From Eledone cirrhosa (Eukaryota), in assembly GCA_964016885.1 (NCBI GenBank), contig OZ024741.1, forward strand, positions 368,094,001-368,158,000: 64,000 nt of DNA, given 5' to 3'. Of this stretch, positions 24,481-38,689 are shown piece after piece. The notes under the pieces were generated by a model. That model saw only the letters and a program-made list of their open reading frames with translations, had not been told where the DNA came from and searched no databases. How positions within the stretch are numbered: the first letter of the stretch is position 1; every line of letters starts with the position of its first letter. A program made the position numbers and the translations under genes.

Positions 24481-27400
24481 TTAGAGATGATGAAATAACA
24501 CTCTGTAATGCTGTTTTATTACACTTGTACATTGAGCTTGAAAATTATGTTCATACAGAAAATTCAAATGATATTCACAATGGAACACATCTCCCATATG
24601 TAGTATGGTCCTGCTACTATATATTCAGACAACCTAGACCATATATCCCAGCCCACCAACAAGTTACCCAACAGATGTTCTGCTGCTTTTGTCTGTTCTG
24701 TTGCTAATGCAGTAAACCCTGCTCCTGAGAACTAGTTGGTTTTGTACCACTTCCACCCGACTCACTGGTCTCTTTTGTTCTTGCCACCAATATTATAAAC
24801 CTAACAGTTTCATATTAATCAAGTATTTCCTCTTTAGCATGCCATCTTTCTGAAATTTCCTCCCATCTCGATTAACTCAATCGATAACCAGTTGTACTAT
24901 AACTCTTTCCATATTCATGACCTGGTCTATCAATTTGATGCCTCTATAGTTTTCCCCTAGTGCATCTCCTGTAGCAGTTGATGCTGCTACATCAGTCAAT
25001 AGATATGACACCGTCCATGCTTTTTCCAGCAGTGGTACCAGAAAAATCTCCATTGTATCAATAACCACATGAACATTTTTAAACAAGATCTGAGTCAGTT
25101 TTTATACTTTGCCTTTCATCCTTTTGTGGGTCAATAAAAAAAATAAAAAAAAGTATGTCTGGTGCTGGTGCGGCCGTCTCTCCTTCCAGCTGTCATATCC
25201 TGGATACTCTCTCTGAGACAAAGTAGGGAGAGTATCTGTGTCTGCTCACAACAGCATATGTTTTCACTGAGTTTGAAGTACCTGAGTACACACTATCAAG
25301 TCATAGTCGATTGTAATGACTAGTAATTTTTTAGTTTTGATAAGTCATGGAGACTATATCTTGCTCATATTTTCCCATGTTTGGCATGGTTTGTATGGCT
25401 GGATGCTTTTTCTAACATCAACCACTTTACAGAATGCTTTGGGTGCATTCTATGATGGTATCAATGCTAGAATGGGTGCTATGTCCTCAATAAAACTAAA
25501 CCCTATAGTGGCCATTCGATTGTCAACATAAACAAGATATCATAGGACCCTCTGTGACAAGCTTCACCACTATGGCCAATTACCTGCGCTTTTAATAATG
25601 TTGGACCTCCATCAGTTCCAACAACAAATGATACAGTTGTATGATCAACAGCCTGCTCATGAAATCAACATGCAAGTGGTTGAGCACTCCATGAAATTCT
25701 TAAGATTCAGTGTGATGGAGTGCAACAAAGGAAGCTCTTTAAATTGTAGGTACAATTTATTTTTGCCAGCTGAGCAGACTAAAGCGAGCAATGTGAAATA
25801 AAGTGTCCTATCCAAGAACACAATGTACTGCCAGGAAATCAACTTATGACCTTACATTTATAAGCCAAACACCTTAATCACTAAGCGATGCACCTTCATT
25901 TAATAGAAATCATCATCATCATCAATACTGTTTTATGTTTTCCATGCAGGCCTGGGTTGGACAGGTTATCACATTCAGAGACTAGATGGGTTGGGTGACC
26001 ATGTCTTGCTCATACATTTTAGTTTGGCATGGTTTCTACAGCCAGATGCCTTCCTAATGCCTTGAATTTAAAAAAATACTGAACACAAAAATATTTTTCC
26101 TTCATTTTATTCACACAAAAGAAAAAAAAAAATAATAACAAAGGAAGAACAATATCAACAACAAGTTATGCAACATTTTCCAAGAGATATAACAACAGTG
26201 ATTCCAGATGAAACTAGAAATCAATCTAAAGTCCAAACTGCTCTCTAACTCTACAAAAATCACAAACATAAATTTAATCATAATGAGGATTTATATTTTT
26301 CTCCTCTCACTTCTGATTACAAAAATTATTTTATAAAATTCTTAAACAAAAAATTCAATATAATTTATTGCAAGTTTAATCATTCAAAACAATTCCATTT
26401 AATTCTTTACCACCAAGTTCCTATTGACTGAATTTATTGCCTTATGTATTAATTCTATTTAAACTATTTCTTCAGCAATATTTTTTCTTCATCATTTTAA
26501 AAGTATTTTCCCTGCAAAATGCATGAAACATTTCAAATTTACAATTTAAATCAATATCTTAAATTTTATTTTTCTAAACATTCATATATACATATATCAC
26601 CATTTCACGTCCATTTTCCATGGTGGCATGAGTTAAACAGATTGTCACCCATCCAACAGATGCCACCATAGAAAACAAATGTAAAATTATATTATATATA
26701 TATGCATGAATATGTTTTTAAAAAAAATTAAATTTAGATTAATATCTTTACCAGGAAAAACGTTAAATGATGTGTGTGACAACTTATTTACAAAATTAAA
26801 CTGTGTTAATACTTTAATTGTTTAACTCTAAAAATATATTCTACATTATTTGAGTTGACTTGAAATTTATAACTTTTCTCAATGGAATTCAATTTTTTTT
26901 TTTTTTTTGAAATGCAGAAATAATTAAAAACAAAATCATTTTTCAATATATATACACAAGACAATTTTACAAATATTTCAAAATATTATCACTACTAAAT
27001 TGAGAATTCTAGAAATGAGAAAAAAATACAACCATAAATACAACCAAATAAGTATCGCTTGTTCTGGTTTGATTCTTGCAGCTGGAGTAAATAGCCTATA
27101 GCAAACATTATTTTATGGTTTGAGCAAAGAATTCTTGCAGAAGGAATGTTGAGAAGGTATTCTTTTACTCATTTATTCTTTTACTGGTTCCAGGCATTAA
27201 ACTGCAATCATGCTGGGGGTGCTGCTTTCAAGGAATTTAGTCAATTATATACACTTTAAAAAAAATTCTGGTACTTAATTCATTGATTTATTTGATGAAG
27301 TAAATTTATGGAGTTATTCAATGGGCAAATATGAACTGATGATAACAAAATGAAGAAAATGTAGAGAGCTTTAAAATAATATTATTTACAAGAGATTTAG

Positions 27401-28274
27401 AATGAAAAGAGTTCTCTTGATAAAAAAAAAATGTAAATTAGATGTGGTTCATTCACCATTCCATAAAGGCTCATGAAGATTGGGTTTAATTAAAGACAAA
27501 CATTTCCCAATGTGACATCCTATTGTAATTAACCAATTCTATTAATTAACAGAGACAAAAAACAATTAAAATCAAAACTAAATATTTTCAGCAGTACAAA
27601 ACATAAGAAAACTAAATAAAAGTGAAAAAAAGAATACTAGCATTTTAAACTTTAAAAAACTACTATTATTAAATCTAACAACATTTCCTAAAATTTTATA
27701 AAAGTGCCAATAAAACAGTAATAGATATAAATATATGTGCTTGTTTTAACAATTGTGTGATAAACGCTAAAACATGCACTGAACTAAAGACTCATATATA
27801 TTGTATAGAGTCAATATAATTGTTATTAGATGATTGTTTACTTTGAATTTTCACCATTACTAGCTTATCAAAACTTCAAAGTAAATAGACACCATTACTA
27901 ACAACTATATATATATATATATATATGATTATTTTGAAAATAATTTATATGATAAACTTAATTTTAAAAAAAATAAAAAATAAATAAATAGAATTACTTA
28001 AGCTTCACCAAAATTTACCAATAAGATAAAATATCTATTTCAAACAAATTAAATCTAAAGATCAAAGAGTTGTAATTTCACAGACCTGAAAATAGTGATA
28101 CTAAACCTTGAGTGAATGGTATGAAAATGCACTAAAGATATTTATTGAGAAGTTTTAAACTTTTATACCTGATAGATAGTACTATTAGAATAATTTAGTC
28201 TTTTCTGCTATTCTGTTAGTTTTAACATCAAACACTGGTTTTGGTTATTAATAGCACTAAAATCATTACAAAAC

Positions 28275-28490
28275 TTATCCATCAACAACTGGTACTGAAA
28301 ACATTTTGCCTTTAGGATCATCAAATCTATCCATTGTTTTGATATCAATAATCATACACAGACCAAATGCAAGAATCAAACCTAGAATAATAGTACTAAT
28401 CAGTCCCATCCAAATACCAATAGAGAAGAACCCTGTACAATCCCACACCTTATTGGTAAATGTTCCATTTCTACCATCAAAAGGCTGAAT
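28275..28490 (-). CDS. ATP6AP1: Ac45 last coding exon (transmembrane helix and cytoplasmic tail)
   Basis: IQPFDGRNGTFTNKVWDCTGFFSIGIWMGLISTIILGLILAFGLCMIIDIKTMDRFDDPKGKMFSVPVVDG*; DCxGFFS..WMGL and MDRFDDPKGK are diagnostic Ac45 motifs. Confidence 0.95.
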   Translation of the reverse strand: MQPFDGRNGTFTNKVWDCTGFFSIGIWMGLISTIILGLILAFGLCMIIDIKTMDRFDDPKGKMFSVPVVDG

Positions 28491-28877
28491 CTAAAAAAAG
28501 GAAAAAGAAAAAAAAGCCAATTTATTTCTGACATAATTCATTTTCAGTTCAAGCTTTACTTCATAAGGAAAAAAAAATTGTTTTACAAAGTAGTTTATAT
28601 AATGCATTGTAAAATATGTGGTTATGATTATTTTGAGTAAGCTGTTAGAAATACAAAAGTGAAAACTAGAATAAAATAAGAAAAACAAACTTTACACATT
28701 TATGCAGCCTGTTCATCATCACCATCACACTACATTTTCTTTCTTTTGACTACTCTAGTTTTCACTCCTATATTTCTAACTTGCACGGTACCAGCTTTCC
28801 TTGAACAATCCTAACAACTGTTTTACATCTAGTTTCCATGGTAAGTGAAATAGGATGGTTCTTATTTTAGATCAGAG

Positions 28878-29095
28878 CAATGGATCGGCAGAATTGTTAG
28901 TGCATTGGAAGAATTGCTTTGTGCGCTTTGTGGCATTTGTTCCAGCTGCTTTCAAATCCCTCTGTGTTCGACATTGCCTTTCATCTTTCTCAAGTTTGAT
29001 AAAATAAAGAACCAGTCAAGAACTAAGAGTCAATTTAATCAACTTACTCTGCCCATCAAATTGCTGGTCTTGTTCTTAAATTAGAAACCATTATT
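28878..29095 (+). mobile_element. SINE (second family), degraded
   Basis: tRNA-like head (ggcagaattgttag..ttcaaatcc), gataaaataaagaaccagtc core, ATT-rich end; a related core occurs at ~58725-58800. Confidence 0.55.
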
Positions 29096-29305
29096 TTAGA
29101 CCAGTGTTGTTGTTTCTTAACTAACTAGACAAGACTTATGATCAAAAGTATTTCAACTATAACCATCCCATATTATTCAAACAGTGTATCTGAAACTACA
29201 TTATACAATGTGTCCCTCTCGTTTTCTAAAACAATAGGAAGGTGTGATCTGAGTAAAAAACAAATTTTAAGTGCTATTTCTAACAGGTTATGTGATCACC
29301 TAGAG

Positions 29306-29468
29306 CAGGCATGGGCAACCTTTCTCAAGCAATGGGCTCCATAGGATGCAGCCCATGATAAAGCAAGATGCACTACTAAAAATTCAAAGCAATTTTGAAA
29401 TTAGGCGTGCAATTCAGAAAGCCAAACAGGCAGCATGCAGCTCATGAGTTGTTGTTTACCCATGACTG
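29306..29468. mobile_element. Possible hAT-type MITE
   Basis: caggcatgggcaac ... gtttacccatgactg imperfect TIRs. Confidence 0.45.
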
Positions 29469-29654
29469 ACATAGGCTTCCTTATTTGTTTGCTTCTTAAT
29501 TATCAATATAATATAGGCTCCTTGTCAGCTTTTGTAAAACATATTTGTTGGTGTCACAGTAAAGATATCTAGCCTACACCATCATAACAGTTAGTGATGG
29601 CAAGACAATCTAGTTATAAATCAAAAAAGCTATAACCTCAAGTAGAGTACAATG

Positions 29655-29946
29655 ACTTTCGGAAACATTTTTTCACGCTTAGAGTTGCTGAAGCATGGAA
29701 CAAACTGCCTGTGTCAGTTGTTAGCTGCTGAGACACTGCATCCTTTAAAACCCTCATGCTTCCCAAAATTCGCCAAAACTACACCTGATGTCCCCCTTCC
29801 ATACACATGCACACATGTGTATAATCATGACTCGTGCTCTGTTCATTTTCCTGACGTTTGTACATTACCCTATGTACTATACATACACTTTTGATGAGTT
29901 GTAGTGCACCTGAGCACTGTACACAATATTTTCATTATTATTATAA
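29655..29946 (+). mobile_element. CR1 3' fragment with (ATT)n tail
   Basis: Matches the reverse complement of 12020-12265. Confidence 0.85.
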
Positions 29947-30323
29947 TTGCAAAATCATCATCGTCATCATTTTACGTCCGCTTTTTCCTGCTTGCAAGGG
30001 TGGGACGGGTCCTATTCAGCACAGAATCTCTCCATTCGTCATGGTCCTTCATCATCTCCTTACAACAACCTCACTTCTCAGTCACTATGACTTGAAATTA
30101 ACAATTTTGTTACCATATTTCTAATGAAAGACTCAATTTGAAGGGATTTAGTAATGTAACTAACTAACTCATTATTAAGTTCATGTTTGGAGTATAACAA
30201 AGGTTCTTACATAAAATTACTCTGACAGTTTTTCCAGATAAATATAAATACTTTTATATTGTAGAGCCAAGAATGGTTTCTGGTAGTTTGGTGCCAAAAG
30301 AGTTATGAACTATTTCAACTCAC

Positions 30324-30528
30324 CTGCAATCCTATGATTTCAACATTAATTTTGGTACTATTTTGAGTGCTAGATGCCAATATCATTTTGGTACAATGGT
30401 ATGAATATAGTTTAGGGGCAGAAATGTATTGGGCCTTCAAGCTGGAACTGTAAGACATTCCATTCAGGTCAAATTCCACATCAAATGAGTCAATGTACCA
30501 ATCTGAGTTATTCAAACTAATATCAAGT
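30324..30528 (-). CDS. ATP6AP1: Ac45 coding exon (luminal domain)
   Basis: LDISLNNSDWYIDSF...APKLYSYHC...IIGLQ; SYHC motif typical of Ac45; 205 bp, AG/GT, phase 2/0. Confidence 0.9.
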
Positions 30529-31486
30529 CTAAGGAATAGAAAAAATGCATAAAAATAAAAAAGTTGTCATTAGTGAATCCAATTATTTTATATTTTGAAT
30601 ATTAATTCAACATCCTGTACCACAAAACTATTAGCAAGATATTCTTAAAAAGTACAAAACAGCACTGTGACTGCACCACATTAAAAATTCAAGTATTTAC
30701 TGTAATGCTGCAAATTTTTACAAAGCTCTGTTCATTAGTAAAGATATAAATTTTCACATTAACTAACTTGCTTTTAGATATTTTCTGCTACATCATTACA
30801 GGATGTTAAGAGTTTAAAACAATAAATGTAGGACAGTCATTAAAATACCATAGTTCAAAATTTTAAAACAGATATGGTTAAAGCAATAAAAAATAAAATT
30901 TATTCTATTTTGAATTTAACAAATCATAATAGAGTAAAACTCTTAAAGTGAGATTTATAATATTGTGAGAAGAAATATAAAAGGTTTTGAGAGGGTCCCC
31001 TTACTTCCCCTTTTTTAAACCTCCACTAGACTCCTAGAATTTTATGATTTTACATAACATTGCTTTTATGTTTTCTTATTTTTGTTTTGATTTAGACACT
31101 TCTCCAAAGCCCTTGTAATTATTTTTCTTTAAATTAATAAACATGAAAGTTAGTCTTCAAAAAATGATGCTGTTTCTCAGTTAATCCCCTCAAAAATTGG
31201 TGCAGAGATCTACAACCATCCCTGAATAATAAATACATGAACAAAAAAATCCCAAGTCTAGGGCAGATTCAAGAAAGCATATGGAAAAAAGCAAAGTTCT
31301 TACGGAGTTGGGAAAAGAAGACGAGTTGGGGAGAAAGGTAATTTTATGTCAAACTGTTTTTCATTATCCTTCAATTTCTTTACAACTTTATAAAAAACTA
31401 TTGTTTTTCTACCATCTAGAAAACATTTGAAAGGTCATTGAAAGCTTCAGATTACTTACAAGTATATATATACATTTATATACACA

Positions 31487-32772
31487 ATGGCTGAACTAGA
31501 GAAGAAATTCCAAACTTGGAAGCAAGGCCTGGAATCAAAAGGCCATAAAATTAACTTGTCTAAGACTAAAGTTCTAGTATGTAGGAAGGAAAATAGGGCA
31601 CTGGTCCCCTCTGGGAAATGGCCATGCTCAATGTGTAGCAAAGGAGTAGGCAGAAACTCCATTTTATGTCCCAAATGCAAAGTATGGGTGCATAAAAGAT
31701 GTAGTGGGATCACAGGTAAACTAACTAAGAACATAGATTTTATATGTGGCCGGTGCTCAGGTGCAATAAGTAGTAGCAAGTGCCCGCAGGATACTAGCTC
31801 CTTCCATTGCCCAGATGGTTCTATAGAAATAGTGGACACCTTCCGTTACCTGGGTAACAAAATCAGTAGTGGTGGAGGGTGCTCTGAAAGTACAGTAGCT
31901 AGAGTCAGAACGGGATGGAAAAAGTTCCAAGAGCTTATACCACTATTGGCCGTTAAAGGTTTCTCCCTAAAAATGAAAGGCAGACTGTATGATGCCTGCA
32001 TACAAACAGCAATGTTACATGGCAGTGAGACCTGGGCATTGTGTGCAGAGGATCTGCACAGACTGGAGAGGAACGAAGCATGCATGCTCCGTTGGATGTG
32101 TAATAGTAATATACGTGAACGGCAAAGCATAAATGAACTAAGTGAGAAATTAGGAATAAGAGGGATCAGATGGTGTTTACTCGAGAAAAGACTACGTTGG
32201 TATGGTCACGTGATGTGTATGAAAGACGACAGGTGTATAAAAAAGTGCAGGCCGATCAAAATAGACGGTAGCCACGGAGTAGGCAGATCCAGAAAAACCT
32301 GGGACGATTTGATAAATTTCGACCTTACACCTCTCCATGACAATGTCACTGGACCGAGATCTTTGGCGCTACGCTGTAATACAGAAGACCCACATTGCCT
32401 GAGTACAAAGCGAAACCTACAATCAGTAGGCTCCTCCTAACCAAAAATACACCTCCATCCCACTACCCCCATCTACACCACCCCTTTCTCTAAAGTTATG
32501 TTGGTGCCACAACATCCAGTCCTAAATAAGTGAGGTCGTGTAGGTGTCACGACAAAAAAACGCAGTCCACGCTGTAATGTGGCCGTGTAGGTAACACGGT
32601 AAAAACCTCCCAGTTCACACTGTAAATGTGGTTGGTGTTAGGAAGGGCATCCAGCCGTAGAAAACCCGCCAGACAGTCCTATACGAGCAAGACAACCAAT
32701 CTTGCCTCGCGTGGGACAATTCCCGTCTAAACCCATGCTAGCGTGGAAGATAGACATTAAACGATGATGATG
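31487..32772 (+). mobile_element. RTE LINE 3' portion in ATP6AP1 intron
   Basis: 317-aa ORF with PHD-like finger and RTE C-terminus; (GAT)n tail. Confidence 0.9.
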
Positions 32773-32939
32773 ACATTAGGCTGTGTATCCGGTTTAGAAT
32801 AGGTACACTATCTCTGCATGCTGTAAGAAGCAACTAAAATAGTTGGTTTCAGGAAGGGCATCTGGCTGTAGTAAAACATTGCCTCAAAACGTCCTGTCCA
32901 ACCCATACCAGCATGTAACAATGATGATGATACACACAC

Positions 32940-32993
<54 letters not shown>

Positions 32994-32998
<5 letters not shown>

Positions 32999-33473
32999 CC
33001 GACCTCACACACTTACACCTCTCCAAGACAATGTCACTGGACCGAGACCTTTGGCGGTACTCAGTAATAGAGAAGACCCGCCTTACCTAAATACAAAGTA
33101 AAACCTACTACAGTCAGTAGGCATCTCTAACAAAATACACCCCCGTCCCACCCATCCCACCCCATCCACACCGCCCCTTTCAATGTAAAGTTATGTTGGT
33201 GCCACAACATCCAGGCCGAAACAAATGAGATCGTGTAGGTGTCACGACAAAAAACACACAGTCCACGCTGTAATGTGGCCGTGTAGGCAACACGGTAAAA
33301 ACCTCCCAGCCCCACACTGTAAATGTGGTTGATGTTAGGAAGGGCATCCAGCTGTAGAAAACCCGCCAGACAGTCCTATGCGAGCAAGACAATCACTCTT
33401 GCCTCAAGTGGGAAAACCCCCGTCCAAACCCATGCAAGCGTGGAACACGGACGTTAAACGATGATGATGATGA
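32994..33473 (+). mobile_element. RTE 3' end fragment
   Basis: Shared 3' UTR and (GAT)n tail. Confidence 0.85.
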
Positions 33474-33529
33474 TATATATATATATATAATAAATTAATC
33501 CAAGAACAATAGAAAACAATATTACTTAC

Positions 33530-33580
33530 TTAAATGTTACATTTAAAGATGAATTTATAGCCTGCAGTGTAAACATGTAG
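33530..33580 (-). CDS. ATP6AP1: Ac45 coding micro-exon
   Basis: (S)YMFTLQAINSSLNVTF(K); 51 bp, tttcAG acceptor and GTaagt donor, phase 2/2 joining the flanking exons in frame. Confidence 0.75.
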   Translation of the reverse strand, partial: LHVYTAGYKFIFKCNI

Positions 33581-34717
33581 CTGAAATTTTAAAACACAAA
33601 ATAAGGTATTTTGTTTCCTACTTAATCTAATATTAATTACACAATATAAGATATAGAAATACAACACATCACAGAGAAACAAAATACTGTGTAATCACTA
33701 CAATATATATATAGAGAAATTTTAGCAGCTTCCATTCATCACACAATGTGTGTGTGTGCATGCGCACATGTAAAAGGAAGGAAGAGGATGGTGAAAAAAC
33801 TATAGCAAAACAGCAGCTGGCGTTCCATTTGCTATGCTGTGTTTGAGTATATGTGTGTGTTTGTGTAAATGTATGTAAATGTGTGTGTTTGTGAATGTTG
33901 AATGTATGTGAATTTTTGTGAGTGTCTGCGTGTTTATATTTATATACCCATACATAAATGTATGCATATGCATACACATGCATATGCACCAGCTTGTTGA
34001 AAGAAAATTCTAGTATTTAAAAATACAAAAAACAGACAAGCAACACTTCCGGTCCACCTGATGCACTAAAATAGCTTTAAAATATACGAGTAGCCAACAA
34101 TTGAACAGAGTTAACTGTTCAGGAGGTTAGTCAATTTGTTGGAGATGGAGCTAGCAATAGTTTCCCCTCCATTAGATAGAGATGATATTTTCAGAAGACA
34201 GGAATAAATATAGGCACATGTGGTTTCAAGTCCAACCTCAGTGTGTAGCACTCTGTGCTTGAATTTGGTAGACATAAAAAAAAAAAAAAATCACTTCATT
34301 TCTAATATTAACACTACTGTTTATTGAACTAAGCAATAAAACACTAATAATATTCACCACGATATTAATGCAAAAATCAGTTTTATAAATTACCCAAAAT
34401 ATGACATGTCCCATTTTTTTTTTTGTCAACAATTTACATGAGTTTTTTTTTTTTTATTGCTTAGTTCAGAGTGTCTGAGACAGTTGGTGATGGGGAGGAA
34501 AGCAATCTCAAACCTGAGACCTGGCCCAAAAGCTTATAACAGAGTAGATTCCATTAAAAGACAGCCATGGGCTAGGTGCAGTTTCCAAGACTTTTTCTGA
34601 GACTGATGGAAGGAAAGGAGGAATATTATAGAATCTAATTAGAGATCTGGCCTGAACGCCTGAAACAGAGCAGACTCTGCTGAAGGTCCATGGTAGTGAA
34701 CACAAATTTACCCCAGC

Positions 34718-35716
34718 TACGAGGCACTTTTAATTGACCTATGTAACTGTCACTCTAAAACATCCTTGATATAGTTACAAGTTAACATGCCAAATCTTTT
34801 TTTTTCAAGGTTGAAGTTTTGGGCCGCTACAGCACTTTAAACACTACCCATCATACACATCTTGTCACAGCAGTCAGGATGTGAGGACAGCTTGGAGGCT
34901 TGATATGCAATAAAGTTTTGCATGAAGCTCAGCAAAAACGCTGCAGAAATGGTCAAAACTGCTTACGGACTAACTTTCATGAGTCAGGCGACTGTTTTCT
35001 GTTGGCACAAAGGTTCCAAGAGGGCAGGGAGCAGGTGAGAAATGATGAAAAATGTGGCAGGGAACACGTGAGGGATGACGAGAAGTGTGGCAGGGAGAGG
35101 GACATCAGGGTGCCAAATACGGTCAACTGAGTGCCAGTTTCCACTGGAAACATTCTGATTCCCCAAGATCCAAGAAGGCCAGGCAAAGCAAGACCACTGG
35201 AAAGCTCATAATGATCCCAATCTTTGACAACAAGGGCATCATCTACATCCACTGGCTCCCCCACACCCAGACAGTAAACAACGAGTATTATGTAGAGGTT
35301 TTGAGGCACTTCAGAAAGAGATTTTGTCACAAGAGACCAGAACTCTTCAAGTCTGGTCAGTGGTACCTGCACCAGGACAATGCTCCCTGTTACAAATCCA
35401 CCCTGGTGACCAAGTACTTGGTCGATACAGGGGATCAAGACTGTCCCTCATCTTCCTTACAGTCCAGATTTAGTCCCATGCGATTTCTGAAATTCCTGAA
35501 GCTGAAGAAGCTGAGATGTGGAGGAGGTGAAAGAGGCTGTGACAAGCACACTGGATACCTTCACTTTGGAGGACTGCAAGGGGGCCATCCAGAAGTGTCT
35601 GAAGCACTACAAGTGCATTGCAGTTGGAAGATCCTACTTTGAGGTATACTAGAGTATCTGAGTTAAATAAATGTCACTCTGATAAAAATTTAAAATCCTC
35701 TTAAGTGTACCTCATA
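34718..35716 (+). mobile_element. Degraded mariner element
   Basis: WKHSDSPRSKKARQSK, FDNKGII, LHQDNAP, YSPDL-like motifs; tacgagg...cctcata termini. Confidence 0.8.
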
Positions 35717-36073
35717 TTTTATTTTATTGCTGTTGTGCATTCAGTTTAGAATAGGTACACCATATCCCTGTGTGATGTAAGTGGCAACTGAAAAGGCTGG
35801 GGGGGCAAGAAGTGAATAAAAGATTGCCTCAAAAAGAAAACCCCATTATCAATATGAAGCCTATCATGGGACCTGCAAAACTAATTCCTGCTTTAGCAGG
35901 GGGAATGGTATTAAAACGTTTGTTGTGTTGTTTCTAGAAAAATGAAAGATGAAAGATAAAGTTACATAGAGTGGGATTTGAACTCAATATGTTAAGACAA
36001 AATGGAATTCTACAGTCACTACTGACTCTGCTCTTTATTCTCCTCAAAATAACTTTTTCAGGTTGATTCTTAC

Positions 36074-36276
36074 CTTGCTAACTTGTTGGTACCTGTGGCA
36101 TTATAGGTAACTAAATTGGACAATACGTATTTGGTTTTGTTGCTGCCTTTAATCAAGGAAATACTTTGAGCATAAAACGGACAAGTGGCACAAAATAAAT
36201 AGATAAAGTTTGAAGTGTTGGTAGAATCCTTGACTTGAAGCAGTTGACGTCCCAGATAGTTAGACTCAGCAGATTC
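36074..36276 (-). CDS. ATP6AP1: Ac45 coding exon (contains GRQLL motif near the processing region)
   Basis: ESAESNYLGRQLLQVKDSTNTSNF...NATGTNKLA; 203 bp, AG/GT, phase 0/2; several N-x-S/T sequons. Confidence 0.85.
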
Positions 36277-36847
36277 CTGAATGAAGAAAACGATTATGAC
36301 ATCACACTGAATCTTTTAGAAGAACAATTTATTGGTTATTTGTTATTAAATCCTATGAAATCATTGTTGTAACTTCTTGTCCATGTGCTTTATGGTATAT
36401 ACTTTCAATGAAGGCTGTCAGTCAGCCATTTGCAATAAAAACAGACATATTTACACTTGTGCCTTGACTGCTGAAGTTGAATGTTTTAGATAAGTTAAAT
36501 AGTTTGATCTTCAGCAACTATTTATTGTCACAACTCTCAACAATTAAAATAGAGACCATCAAAAATCTAATTAAAATGATTATATGAGGACGAAAAGACA
36601 TTAGCTCAATTGTTAATAGTTTAATCATTCTGGTTAAGTACATGAGACAACTCCAGACATGTTTTGGTCTTATTTAACATCTTCAGTGAAACACTTAACA
36701 GTACTAGTAGATGTAGTGATGAGAAAAATCACTAAGAAATACAATTATTGTACACAAACGTGTGAAAAATTATATTTTCAAGAAATATTAGAAATAAATT
36801 ATACAATCAATTGTTCATACAATACTGAAACATTTTTTAGAAATTAC

Positions 36848-36933
36848 CTTATCAGGACTATCGCCAGTTAAAACTGCTGAATAATGGAGGCCTCTATCTT
36901 TCAAATCTTTTAATGTTTTTGCAATTAAGTCAT
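36848..36933 (-). CDS. ATP6AP1: Ac45 coding exon
   Basis: (D)DLIAKTLKDLKDRGLHYSAVLTGDSPDK; 86 bp, AG/GT, phase 1/0; YSAVLTG resembles Ac45 YTAALT. Confidence 0.85.
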
Positions 36934-38307
36934 CTAAAAAAATAAAATAGATATACTGAGTATTTAAAAGAATATTGTAAGAAATTTCAATTTATAGTGT
37001 TACATCGTATCCATGATAGTGAAGTCCAGATTTTGAGATTTACAGATAAAGCTAGATTCCTTTATTTAAGAGAAGAGGACTTTTCAGTCTTGCCAAGTAC
37101 ATGGCAACTTCTCTAGGGCTATGACAGAATGTACCCAATACGCTCTAAAGTTGTAGTGTTGGTGTCACAATAAAATTCACCTATCAATTGATAATGCTGA
37201 TGCCAAGATAAAATGCACCCAATATACTTTGCAAAGTGGTTGAAATTAGGAAAGGTATCCAGCCATAGAAACCATGCCAAATTTAAAAGATATGAGCATG
37301 TTGTGGTCCTCTGACCTGTCTAGTTTCTGACTGTGATGACTCGTCCAACCCATGCCAAAATGGAAAGCAAACATAAAATGGTGATGGAAATGTTTAATGT
37401 CAGTTCTGCTAAGGTGTTGATCTAATAACTATGAGTTTAAGCTTCACTAAAAGAAATTCTTGTCCCCAAGGCATAGCCTATAACGCTGTATGTTAATTTG
37501 TATGATTAACAGTAGGAAGGAAATCCAGCTGTAAAAACAATTGCCCTAACAAACTCCTTCACCACCATGTGCTGACATAGAAAAATAGATGAGAAAAAAA
37601 AAAAAAAAAAAAAAAAAAAATCAAAATCAAAATTTTGTTGATACACCATAATTGGATAGTGGTTCATTTCTTAACAGCCATTTTCCAATGCTAACATATG
37701 GGAAATCGAGTTTGGGATTTGGGACATTAGTATATATCAACAGTTGGAGCATACAGCCAATAGCTGTTTCTGTCACTAGCTACATGACTATCGGGTTAAG
37801 TTAGCTTATATTTTCAGTTTAGAAAACTGACACACATAGACTATCATATCTACAAACTTCTTATAGAGGACAGAATAAGTAGAATAAGTTTTGAAAATTT
37901 TGAAAAAAAAGATGATGCAACAAAACAAAATCTATAGAAACCAATCTTATGGTGTTCTTGTTCCAGCTCAAACCTATAATTATTGGCCTCTTATAAGGTT
38001 GAAGCTCATAGGTTTCTCAGGTGTCTTAATGATAAGGGCCCCCACTCCTATCTAGAAAAGATCTTTCAGCTAGGCTGGTTGCCAATCCATTGCAGGGGCT
38101 AACCCCCAGCTGCTGCTAGTAATATTTGATTGTTTTCAGCTGAGTGGACTGGAGTAACATGAAATGAAGCATCTTGTTCAAATACACAATGTGCTTTCCA
38201 GTCAACGAATCTAACCCATGACTTTATGATCATGAGTCCAACACTCCAACCACACACCTTCACAATGAATGTTAAAAGAAACTTTGTTTTTTGCCAAAGT
38301 AACATAC

Positions 38308-38530
38308 CATTGTTCTTCAGAGTTGTCTCTTCATTGGCAGACCCAATTAAATCAGGAAGGTGCACAAGAAACAAATGAGATTTGTCTGTGTTTAACTTCA
38401 TTGAAGCAATCTTCAATGGGTTGTGAACTTCTATAAAGTTGTCCAGGAATTTTCTCTTCAGGCCTTCCACGGCAGCCATTGGGTTACTTACTGACGCCAA
38501 GTTGGTAGAGTAACTGTCTTCCATGAATTT
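38308..38530 (-). CDS. ATP6AP1: Ac45 coding exon
   Basis: KFMEDSYSTNLASVSNP...LFLVHLPDLIGSANEETTLKNN; 223 bp, AG/GT, phase 0/1; overlaps ORF-track 38099..38524. Confidence 0.85.
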
Positions 38531-38689
38531 CTAGAAAACATCAATGAATTGAATTCATTCTTTTATTATGGAGATATTTATAATGAAATACACCATCTAT
38601 GTGAAAATAATCAAGAATATTAAATTGAGTTTTAATTTCAGTTTACAAAATTTACAGAAAAATTTATATAAAGCAATAAGGAAATAAAG